Made by a program: the position numbers and the translations under genes
Notes under the pieces: generated by a model
The model's input: the letters and a program-made list of their open reading frames with translations, nothing else
Told to the model about the DNA's origin: nothing
The model's database searches: none
Shown here: piece by piece, positions 9,922-18,400 of the stretch
Position numbering within the stretch: position 1 is the first letter of the stretch
Layout of the letters: every line of letters starts with the position of its first letter
NCBI GenBank assembly: GCA_051819665.1
Contig: JBNJDG010000001.1
Coordinates: forward strand, 4,369 to 68,368
Source of the DNA: Nanobdellota archaeon
GTDB taxonomy: Archaea; Nanobdellota; Nanobdellia; Woesearchaeales; CAZZGN01
Direction of reading: 5' to 3'
Length of the DNA: 64,000 bases

Positions 9922-9969
9922 ACACAATATGTTGTGTTTATAGTCATGTAACAATACAATATGTTGTAT
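9922..9969 (-). promoter_or_regulatory. two NrdR-box-like 16-bp palindromes (ACACAATATGTTGTGT at 9922-9937; ATACAATATGTTGTAT at 9954-9969) flanking a TATA-like element in the nrdJ promoter
   Basis: Both sites share the identical 12-mer ACAATATGTTGT. They match the bacterial NrdR-box consensus I remember (acaCwAtATaTwGtgt). Their centres are exactly 32 bp apart, and they sit 51-98 bp upstream of the nrdJ ATG. Confidence 0.45.
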
Positions 9970-10102
9970 AGGTTATTGTCTTAATCATCCATTTATTTAA
10001 GTCTTTTTATCCTGAATCCTATATGTTATTTTCTGGCGGTCATCGAGGAAAAAACTTTATAAAGGATTCCTATAGCCCAGACCAGGTAATACATACATTC
10101 AT

Positions 10103-10186
10103 GCCGTGGTCGCATAATCTGGTATTGCGCGAGACTGGAAATCTCGTTTCCTTCGGGATGTCCCGGTTCAAATCCGGGCCACGGCG
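10103..10186 (+). tRNA. tRNA-Ser (anticodon GGA), 84 nt, long variable arm, CCA not encoded
   Basis: The acceptor stem GCCGTGG/CCACGGC pairs 7/7. The anticodon stem CGAGA/TCTCG carries the loop CTGGAAA. The T-arm is CCCGG-TTCAAAT-CCGGG, with a 14-nt variable arm and a G discriminator. A TATA-like CTTTATAAAGG lies about 45 nt upstream. Confidence 0.85.
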
Positions 10187-10392
10187 TCTGTCCCATTATG
10201 CTACCTTGTGTAGCATTATCGTACCTGGGTTGATATAGGGCAAGGCCCTTATGTGGGAATCCGGGCCACGGCGTCTTAAATTTCTTAAAAAGGAGTGGGC
10301 TTGACTGAACGAAGTGAAGGAAACCCACCTTGCATTCCAAATTTGGGAAATAATTTGCGGGCCACGGCGTCTTAAATTTCTTAAAAAGAGAA
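10172..10392 (+). repeat. three direct copies of the tRNA-Ser 3' end (att-site-like scars)
   Basis: The native 3' end AATCCGGGCCACGGCGTCT lies at 10172-10190. The same 19-mer recurs at about 10259-10277, and GGGCCACGGCGTCT recurs again at about 10361-10374. The two displaced copies share an identical 30-mer GGGCCACGGCGTCTTAAATTTCTTAAAAAG. Confidence 0.5.
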
Positions 10393-10411
10393 TTTGTTCA
10401 TTCCTGTGTCT

Positions 10412-10966
10412 TCAGATCACAAACTGTATCAAAGCACATATCCCAGCAGTCGCCAGAGTGAAGATTATCATCTTGAGACTGCTCATGAACAGGTTCTCCT
10501 TCGAATGTTTTCCCGTATAAACACCCAGGTATGCTGCCATTATAGTCACAAGAGCAACAGAGCCGTAGATGGCTATGCTGGTATCCATGAAGAAGAAAGG
10601 CAGGATGGGCAGAACTCCGCCGACGAGACTGAAAGCTCCGTCAAGAGCCCCTCCCTTGATTATATCCTTGTTGATCGCTTTTTCTCTCTTTGTCCCTTTC
10701 AGGGATTTGAGCATCTTCTTCTCGATCTTGTCCAGTTTCTGATACTGGCTTGTCTTCTCTGCAGTGAATGCTGCTAATATGTTCGAGAATCCGTTCGCTA
10801 CAGCACCTGAAAAGCCTGCAGAGAGTATTATCTGCAGATTGTTAGAAAGCGAGGCACCTATAACAACTCCTAATGAGGAAAGGGCCCCGTCAACAAGGCC
10901 CCTGATCATAAGTCTTATCATCTTAATCCTGTGGGATCTTTGCTTCTTCCACGAACTCGTCTCCAC
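10412..10966 (-). CDS. VIT1/CCC1-family (COG1814, DUF125-like) membrane protein
   Basis: 184 aa; GLVDGALSSLGVVIG and multiple TM segments as in VIT-family Fe/Mn transporter-like proteins. Confidence 0.45.
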   Translation of the reverse strand: METSSWKKQRSHRIKMIRLMIRGLVDGALSSLGVVIGASLSNNLQIILSAGFSGAVANGFSNILAAFTAEKTSQYQKLDKIEKKMLKSLKGTKREKAINKDIIKGGALDGAFSLVGGVLPILPFFFMDTSIAIYGSVALVTIMAAYLGVYTGKHSKENLFMSSLKMIIFTLATAGICALIQFVI

Positions 10967-11210
10967 ATGCTACTTTATCTATACTGTGGATCGTTGCACT
11001 GTTCTTCTCGATGACTTCCCTTAGTTTAGTGAGATTGATGTCATCTCCTTTGATAGTGATCTTGATGCTCTCTACATCCCTGTCGACTTCCATGACGGTA
11101 ATGTTTGTTCCTTTCACTCCTTCCAGATCGCTTATCTCTTTTGCCATCTCTGTAACTGAAGGATTGTATGGTTTGAGGACGTCCAAAACCAAGTATCTTA
11201 TTACGCTCAT
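10923..11210 (-). CDS. DUF211 (COG1888) family protein
   Basis: 95 aa; RYLVLDVLKP...EVDRDVESIKITIKGDDIN...IHSIDKV pattern of DUF211; overlaps the downstream VIT-like gene by 44 nt. I recall these two gene families being adjacent in other archaea. Confidence 0.5.
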   Translation of the reverse strand: MSVIRYLVLDVLKPYNPSVTEMAKEISDLEGVKGTNITVMEVDRDVESIKITIKGDDINLTKLREVIEKNSATIHSIDKVACGDEFVEEAKIPQD

Positions 11211-11241
11211 TTGATCACCTATTTTAATGGCAGACGGTCCT

Positions 11242-11781
11242 TTATTTAAAACTTTCTTCGATAAAGCTCTTCAGTTTAAGAAGGGCTTTTCCTCTATGCC
11301 CTATTTTATTCTTGAGCTCGATCTCCATCTCTGAGAAAGTATTCTCATAACCTTCTGGAACGAAAATAAGGTCGAAGCCGAATCCGTTATCCTTTCTGGG
11401 CCTGACTATCTTCCCGTTGACTTCTCCCCTGAAGATCCTTATATCATCTTTCGAGAGGGCTAAAGCGACAGTACATCCCGCTCTTGCCTCATATCCTTCG
11501 AAATGGTCTGCCAGCTTCTCCACGCCTGCTTTCTCGAGGAACTCTTTGATGTAAGGGCCGGGAAGATAATCCCAGTCTTTTATGCCGAAATCCACATCCT
11601 CCACCATGCAGGGCTTCTGCAGGATCTTATAGGATTCTTTCGCTTTATGTCTTGCGATATCTTCAGGTTCTCCCTGTATCTCGGGAACACCTTTGATATC
11701 TTCCCTTTCAATATCACCAAAGAATTCCCTGACCTCCTCAAGTTTTTTCTCATTGCCTGTTACGAATATCAGGTTTTTCAT
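11242..11781 (-). CDS. non-canonical purine NTP pyrophosphatase (Ham1/ITPase/RdgB family)
   Basis: MKNLIFVTGNEKKLEEV...FGFDLIFVPEGYENTFSEM matches the Ham1 family. Confidence 0.8.
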   Translation of the reverse strand: MKNLIFVTGNEKKLEEVREFFGDIEREDIKGVPEIQGEPEDIARHKAKESYKILQKPCMVEDVDFGIKDWDYLPGPYIKEFLEKAGVEKLADHFEGYEARAGCTVALALSKDDIRIFRGEVNGKIVRPRKDNGFGFDLIFVPEGYENTFSEMEIELKNKIGHRGKALLKLKSFIEESFK

Positions 11782-11967
11782 ATTATTGGAAAACAATAGT
11801 TAATGGATTAAAAAGTTTTCGAAATGTTTTTATAAACCAATATAGGAATTTATGACATAAAATTTATATATTTCCTATTAAAAAACGAAAGTTTTAAATA
11901 TTATTAACGCCTCCTTTTTATAAAATTATTGTATTTATCACTATATTACGAATAGGGGGTTGGCTTT

Positions 11968-12897
11968 ATGGTATCAGGATATGTTAAGAAGTGCCCTGAA
12001 TGCGGGGGTATAAATCTTTTCTGGAATAAGGATAAGGGAGAGGTCATCTGTAAGGACTGCGGTCTTGTTGTTGAAGAGAAGATGATCGATTACAGCCAGG
12101 AATGGCGTGAGTTTGATTCTGAATCAAGTGAGAAGAGGAGAAGATCCGGTGCGCCGATGACTTATACACAGTATGATCAGGGTCTCGGCACAGAAGTGGG
12201 CAGGAAGGCCGATATATATCAGCTGGGCAACAGGGAGAGGAACAAGTTCTTCAGGCTCAGGAAATGGCAGTACAGGATATCCACAGCTATAGAGAGGAAC
12301 CTTAAGCTTGCTCTCGCTGAACTGAAAAGAGTGAGTTCTTACCTGAAACTTCCCAAGACCGTTGAAGAGGAGGCAGCCAGGATATACACGCTTGCCGTCC
12401 AGAGGGGCCTTGTAAGGGGAAGAAGCATGGAATCAGTTGTTGCCGGAGCACTATATGCTGCATGCAGAAGGCATGATGTCCCGAGGACTCTTGATGAGCT
12501 AAGCGAGAGCGGAGGCATTGAGAAGAAAGAGATAGGAAGGACCTATAGGTTCGTAACGAGGGAATTGGGTATAACGATCCTTCCCAGCAATCCTGCAGAT
12601 TACATCCCGAGATTCTCATCCTCACTAAAGCTTAGTGCAGAGACACAGTCTAAGAGCATTGAGATCCTGCAGAAGGCTCAGAAATCCGAGCTCACTTCCG
12701 GCAGAGGTCCTACAGGTATAGCTGCGGCTGCCCTTTATGTGAGTGCTCTCATCAATGGTGAGAAGAGGACTCAGAGGGAGGTTGCTGATGTTGCCGGCGT
12801 CACCGAGGTTACGATCAGGAACAGGTACAAAGAGCTGCTTGAGGATCTTGAGCTCGAGAAAGAGATAAAGAAATCGAAGAAAAAGAAGAAGAAATGA
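11968..12897 (+). CDS. tfb: transcription initiation factor IIB (TFB)
   Basis: N-terminal zinc ribbon CPECGGINLFWNKDKGEVICKDCG plus two cyclin-fold repeats. A long AT-rich upstream region has a TATA element. The C-terminus carries an unusual SKKKKKK tail. Confidence 0.9.
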   Translation: MVSGYVKKCPECGGINLFWNKDKGEVICKDCGLVVEEKMIDYSQEWREFDSESSEKRRRSGAPMTYTQYDQGLGTEVGRKADIYQLGNRERNKFFRLRKWQYRISTAIERNLKLALAELKRVSSYLKLPKTVEEEAARIYTLAVQRGLVRGRSMESVVAGALYAACRRHDVPRTLDELSESGGIEKKEIGRTYRFVTRELGITILPSNPADYIPRFSSSLKLSAETQSKSIEILQKAQKSELTSGRGPTGIAAAALYVSALINGEKRTQREVADVAGVTEVTIRNRYKELLEDLELEKEIKKSKKKKKK

Positions 12898-12898
12898 T

Positions 12899-13717
12899 TC
12901 ATCTCTCTTTCTCTAAAATCCTTTTTTTCTCATCAGAATTATCATAACTACCCTTATATCCTCCTATGCTGCCGTCTTCTTTTATGATCCTGTGACAAGG
13001 CACAAGGGGAAAGGGATTCTTCTTCAGTGCCTGTCCGACTGAAATAGCCGAACTTCCTGTTCTTTCAGCTATCTCTTTGTAACTGCTAGTTGTTCCTTTC
13101 TTCACCCTGCTGCATTCTATGAAAACTTTGTTCCTGAATTCCGTCGTCTCCAGAGCTGTAAGGATATTATCGATGAGATCCTTATCCTTCATATACCTTC
13201 TGGCAAGGTCTCTCATGAATCCTGTCTCCAGGAAAATACCCTTTTTCTCAAGTAAAGGTTTTATATTCCTGCTCAGGAGGAACTGTATGAACTGGTTTAT
13301 GTTCTTGGGTCTCTGACTATGGTTGCATCTCTCGAAATCTATCATCCTCGCTTCTTTGCTGATGATGATATGCTTCACTGGATGATGCATCTCCTCCTTG
13401 TTTATGCCGAGCCTGTCCATCCTATAGAGCTTCAGGAGAACCTCCCTGAGGATCTTTATGGTCCTCTTCCTGCCTGCTCCTTCAAGGAATTCACCTATGA
13501 GCTCTCCCTTTATGTATTCCTCAATGAGGTGATCCTCGCCTGCCTCATACAGCTGAGGGCCTATGCCGTGCTTGTTGAGCTTCCTGAGAAAATCTGCCTC
13601 GATCTTCAGCCTGGAGACCGCTTTGCTGTCCCTGTTCCTGACCTTCATGACAGCCTTCTTTCCCTTATATCCTGTCAGGTATACAACTCCTCTCTTTCCC
13701 TTGGCTAGGTATTCCAT
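12899..13717 (-). CDS. fusion protein: N-terminal Bud32/RIO-like small kinase-fold domain + C-terminal methylated-DNA-protein-cysteine methyltransferase (Ogt/MGMT) DNA-binding/active-site domain
   Basis: The N-terminal ~190 aa have a glycine loop GKRGVVY, a candidate VAIK-type lysine (AVMKV), a hinge LIEEYIKG and a DFG-like IDFE. The C-terminal ~85 aa have the Ogt helix-turn-helix and the PCHRII acceptor-cysteine motif (TSSYKEIAERTGSSAISVGQALKKNPFPLVPCHRII...GSIGGY). Confidence 0.6.
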   Translation of the reverse strand: MEYLAKGKRGVVYLTGYKGKKAVMKVRNRDSKAVSRLKIEADFLRKLNKHGIGPQLYEAGEDHLIEEYIKGELIGEFLEGAGRKRTIKILREVLLKLYRMDRLGINKEEMHHPVKHIIISKEARMIDFERCNHSQRPKNINQFIQFLLSRNIKPLLEKKGIFLETGFMRDLARRYMKDKDLIDNILTALETTEFRNKVFIECSRVKKGTTSSYKEIAERTGSSAISVGQALKKNPFPLVPCHRIIKEDGSIGGYKGSYDNSDEKKRILEKER

Positions 13718-14217
13718 ATCTTATACACATACAGCTCTTCGAAATCGAGTTTCATCGAGTCTAATTGTTCATGATCATAACCGTTCTCTTTAAGTATACT
13801 ATCTATCTTCTCCCTGCCGGTGAGGGAACTGAAAAGGAAGAGTATGATCCCTTTATCCTCAAGATGCTCTCTGGCTTCCCTCAGGAACCTTTCTGAAAGC
13901 TCCCATCCTTCTTTTCCTCCGTCAAGGGCTTTATCCTTCATATAGGGGTCTTCCGGAAGATATGGCGGATTGAATATTATCGTGTCGAATTTCTCTTTTA
14001 TCTCAGAGAAGAGATCCGACTCTACACTTTTCAATCCTTCTTTCCTGCATCTTTCCACAGCCTCAGGGTCAAGGTCTGCACAGAGGACTTCTTTCGCTCT
14101 TTCAGCGGATTTTGCCTGGATCCCTGTCCCTGAGCCCATGTCAAGCACTTTTCCGGATGCATAAGCATTTACGTTCCTCGCAAGCAGATCGCTGTCCTCC
14201 CTCGGTTCATATATCAT
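13705..14217 (-). CDS. class I SAM-dependent methyltransferase with NPPY motif (HemK/Mtq2-like release-factor glutamine N5-methyltransferase family)
   Basis: VLDMGSGTGI (motif I) and IIFNPPYLPEDP (NPPY). The size of about 170 aa is typical of archaeal Mtq2. The internal start MIYEPRED at 14217 is preferred. Confidence 0.6.
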   Translation of the reverse strand: MIYEPREDSDLLARNVNAYASGKVLDMGSGTGIQAKSAERAKEVLCADLDPEAVERCRKEGLKSVESDLFSEIKEKFDTIIFNPPYLPEDPYMKDKALDGGKEGWELSERFLREAREHLEDKGIILFLFSSLTGREKIDSILKENGYDHEQLDSMKLDFEELYVYKIWNT

Positions 14218-14630
14218 GGATATGTGTTTTATAGAAATATTTATATACTTTTCCGGACACACTCAATTTACATTGGAGAAACAGAGTATACTCTCCCTTG
14301 AGGATTTCCAGCAGTACATCAGGAAGCTTCCTCCTGACAAGCCCTGTTATTTCAGGATAGAGAGGGGAGTTCCGTTATGCGGTTCTGATTACAGATGTCC
14401 TTATAAGGGCGAGGATAGTTATCCTTACAGGGGCAGCAAGAAGAGAGAGTGCAGGAGGCAGACAATGCTAGAGCATAAGAGATTAATGGGTGAGAAGTGA
14501 TGATTTTTTCGATAGCTTATCTTATAACAAATTATATGAGCGGGGCAGTGCTGTCAACAGCTATACTCGTATTGTTCATAATAGCGGACCTGGCTTTCAT
14601 GGAAGCTGCAGAAACTTATCTGGAAGGCCG

Positions 14631-15080
14631 TTAGATACCCTGCATATATTCTTTTATCCTCGAGATTATATCGGGGAGGAGGTATTTCATTATCTTCTCC
14701 TGGAAGATCTCTGATAAGCTCATGAACTCGCTTATCCTGTACTTGTTCTTTATCTTCTCCACGAAGAACATATCCCTGAGTCTCTTGAGCTGTCTCCTTA
14801 TGTTCGAAGAGGCTATCCCTTTCATGGCGAGGTTTTTCTTCTCTCTCTCCTTAATGACCTTCTCCCTTATGTCCTCTGAACCGAGCATAAGCCTTTTTTC
14901 CGAAGCATCGATGAGAACCTTCAGCACATCAACTATTATATCCCTTGAATCTCCCGGCTGTAGAAGGCCGAGGCTGAGGCAGAATTTCCTTATCCTTGCT
15001 CTCCTGTCTTTAGAGTCATCCTTCTCGTATTTGCGGAAAGTCAGTTCATAGAGCGGAGTGTCTATTGATGTATTGGCCAT
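14631..15080 (-). CDS. hypothetical protein, possible winged-helix DNA-binding protein
   Basis: 149 aa with no strong family match by eye; segments resemble HTH/wing (SSNIRRQLKRLRDMFFVEK). Confidence 0.3.
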   Translation of the reverse strand: MANTSIDTPLYELTFRKYEKDDSKDRRARIRKFCLSLGLLQPGDSRDIIVDVLKVLIDASEKRLMLGSEDIREKVIKEREKKNLAMKGIASSNIRRQLKRLRDMFFVEKIKNKYRISEFMSLSEIFQEKIMKYLLPDIISRIKEYMQGI

Positions 15081-15188
15081 GATAGAAAGTTATTGGTTTT
15101 GATAATTTATAAATCTCATCCGTTGATGTCTAGTGTCCAGTGGTCTTATTGGATAAATTTATATATGAAAAAAGGAGCATTCTTCTCT

Positions 15189-15419
15189 ATGGGCCAGAAA
15201 TTCAATGTTGACGGTGACTGCTGGGAATGCGGCGAGATCACCCAGAGGGTCTGTGACGGATGCGGGAGGTTCATCTGTGATGATCATACTTATTCGATGA
15301 AATGTAAGGGAGAAGGATTAACTGTCTATGAAGTCTGCAAAGAATGTAAGAAGAAAGGGAAAGTGAAAAATCCGAAGGAAAATAGGATCAGGCGCCGTCA
15401 TGGACTTGTTGACACTTGA
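15189..15419 (+). CDS. small Cys-rich zinc-finger protein (about 76 aa)
   Basis: MGQKFNVDGDCWECGEITQRVCDGCGRFICDDH...CKGEG...CKECKKKGK preceded by AAAAAGGAG; overlaps the 3' end of ileS on the opposite strand. Confidence 0.3.
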   Translation: MGQKFNVDGDCWECGEITQRVCDGCGRFICDDHTYSMKCKGEGLTVYEVCKECKKKGKVKNPKENRIRRRHGLVDT

Positions 15420-18400
15420 TTTTCACTTTCTCTCCCTTGATATTGAATTCTTTCTCTCCTTCTCCGAAGTGGAGCTCGTCTGCACCGACCTTTTCTTTTA
15501 ACAATTCTTCATTCTCCTGAAGGTAAGCTTTAAGTTTTTCACTGCTCTCGATAGAAAGCTGTATACGGTCTGTCTTGTTAAGGCCCATCTCTTTCCTCAC
15601 AATCTGGACCCTTCTCATTACCTCTCTGGTATAACCTTCTGATTCAAGGTCCTTGTCCATCTCTTTGTTGATGTAGACCATACCCTTGTTTATCTCGCCT
15701 TCAGAATACTTATCCGGAGTGTTCTGATGTATGGTGAAGTGAGACCTGTCTAAGGAGATATCCTGTCCGTCTACCTTCAGCTTCACTGCATCCTCCTCGT
15801 TGAGTTTCTCTATTATCCTCGATTCGGTGGCAAGCCTGGCCATGATCTGGGGAACGAGGTTCTCGAAGTCTTCCCTTATCTTCTTGTAGTTGGGCTTGGC
15901 TTTCTTCTCAAAGCCTGCATCTTCAACTATCTTTACATCTCTTGCATTGACCTGTTTCTTGATCAGCTCTTTCCTCTTCTCCACTGCGTTCCTGTAGGTC
16001 TCGCTGGCACTCTCGATCATGACCTCTCTCACGGGCCATCTTACGCCCAGCTGGGCTTTCTCCCTCGCATAAAGGAGAGCCTGCGTAACTTCATCAGAGA
16101 TCCTGAACTCTTCCTCGAGGTTTTCATCTATCTTCTCCTCATCGTAAGAAGGCCAGTCATAAAGGCTAATACTTTCTTTCTCAAGCCCGAATTCTTCCTT
16201 CATGTTGAGGTAGATCTGCTCTGTCATGAACGGAGCTACAGGGGAGAACATCTTCAGTGTTTCCATAAGGACCCTGTATATTGTCCCTATGACAGTCCTG
16301 TCGTTAGATCTCTCCCTGACTTTCTGGATATATCCTCTGCTAAGTTCCAGGAAGAGCTCTTCCACTCTCCATGGTGCTTCATTGATCCTGTAGTCCTCGA
16401 AGCATTCGGTGCATCTCTTTATGCTCGAATTCAGCTTAGAGATTATGTATCTCTCTTCCACACCCGGATTGTTTATCTCCACATCCTTCGGATTGATTTT
16501 GTTCGTCCTTGACAGGTCGATAAGGTAATTGTGGAGGTTCCAGAGTATACCGAGGTTCTTGTGCTTCACCTTCACTTCATTGAAATTGTAGTTTATGTCA
16601 AGTCCCGGATTGGTGCCTCCGATCATGAAGTACCTCAATGTATCTGCACTGAATTTCTCGATGACCTCGTAAGGTGAGATCACATTACCGAGGCTCTTTG
16701 ACATCTTCCTCCCTTCTGCATCCTGCACAAAACCGTGCATGTAGACATTCTCGAACGGCTTCTCTTCCATGCCCAGCATAGATGCCACCATCAGGAGATT
16801 GAACCATCCTCTGATCTGGTCTTTTCCCTCCAGGATGAAGTCAGCCGGGAACATCTTCCTGAAAGTCTCCTGGTCTGCCGGGAAATTAAGGCAGTTCCAG
16901 CTCGCTGTTCCTGCATCGACCCAGACATCAAGCACATCGGGTATCCTTTTGTAGGTCTTACCGTCTTTCTCGATAGGGGTCTCGTCGACCCAGGGTATAT
17001 GAAGGTCCTCAAGCTTTTTCCCTGTAAGATCCTCGTATTCCTTCCTTGATCCTATAACTATTATGTCTCCGTCATCAGCTCTCCATATGGGTAGAGGGGT
17101 ACCCCAGTATCTCTGTTTGGATATGGAATTATCTCTAAGGTTCTCTAACCATGAATTGAAAGCATTATAAGCGGCTTCGGGAACCCACTTGATCTCGTTG
17201 TTCTCCTTGATCATCTTATCCTTAAGGTCTTCCACCTTGAAGAACCACTGCTTCGTAGCCCTGAAGACTACGGGTTCATGGCTCCTCTGCCCGAATGGAT
17301 AATCATGTTCCACTTCAGTGCTTTCTATCAGGGTTCCCTGATCCTTCATCAGCTCGATGAACTTGTCATTGTCCTTCCTGGCATGAAGTCCGGATAGCTT
17401 ACCCATATCTTCAGGGAATTTTCCGTTCTCCATGAGGTTATTCCAGGCGGGTATAGAATATTTATGTCCTATCTCGAAATCTTCAGGACCACAACCAGGG
17501 GCAGTGTGGACGAGACCTGTACCTGCATCCAGGGTCACGTATTCTTTGCTCAGAAGAACCGAATGTACATTCTGATGCTTCTCTTTGAGACTGTCATAAT
17601 GCTTTCCAAGATCCTTGTGGAAAGGATGCTCATATTCGAGACCTTCGAGTTCCTCCCCTTTGAACTCTTCTGTTGTCTCGAAATCCTTGTCTGCCACCAT
17701 CTTTATGACAGGTCCTGCCAGGCCTTTAGCGACGATCCACTTCTCGCCCCCAACATCAGCCTTGATATAATCAAGCTCCGGATTCACCATCACACCTAGG
17801 TTGTATGCTATCGTCCACGGTGTGGTCGTCCAGACTATTAGGTATTCGTTCTCTTTCCCTTTCACCTTGAACTTCAGGAATATGCTCTTGTCCTTAACTG
17901 TCTCGTATTCAAGCTCGTGCTTCGCTAATGCAGATTGGTGCACATAATCCCAGTGGATAGGTCTGTAATCCTCATAGAGCCTTCCTTTCTCATACGCTTT
18001 CTTTATCAGCCACCAGATACCTTCGATGTAATCCGGGCTTATGGATTGGTAAGCGTTATCGAAGTCCATCCAGACTCCCATTCTCCTGAAATCATCGTTC
18101 ATGATCTCCAGGTTCTCAACGGCCAGGTTCTTGCATTCTTTCATGAAATCTTTTACGCCGTATTTCTGGATATCCTCTTTCTGTTCGAGCTTCAGTTTCT
18201 CCTGTACCTTGTGTTCGATGGGAAGACCGTGCATATCATATCCTGCCCTGTCCCATACATTGAAACCTCTTGATCTCTTGAATCTCAGGACACAGTCTTT
18301 GAGGACCTTATTCCATGCTGTCCCGATGTGCACTTTCCCTGATGTATAAGGGGGACCGTCAAGAAAATAGAAATCCTTGTTGTTCTTGTTCTTCTCTCTG

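Noticed and set aside
9872-9925. Upstream extension of nrdJ (MFLWFFSSRNDDNKVGVA...)
   Set aside because: It would place the palindromic operator-like box inside the coding region. The ATG at 9871 has a GGTGGG Shine-Dalgarno upstream, and the conserved RNR N-terminus starts there.
10172-10392. Possible CRISPR array or second tRNA in the repeated GGGCCACGGCG region
   Set aside because: There are only three copies, of unequal length (19, 30 and 30 nt), with irregular ~60-70 bp spacers and no cas genes. The copies are identical to the tRNA-Ser 3' end, and neither displaced copy has the 5' half needed for a cloverleaf. They are interpreted as att-like scars.
14216-14714. Plus-strand ORFs of 94 and 74 aa in the 368-bp gap
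   Set aside because: They have no domain and odd composition, and they overlap each other and the neighbouring gene ends. They are kept only as a finding, not as features.
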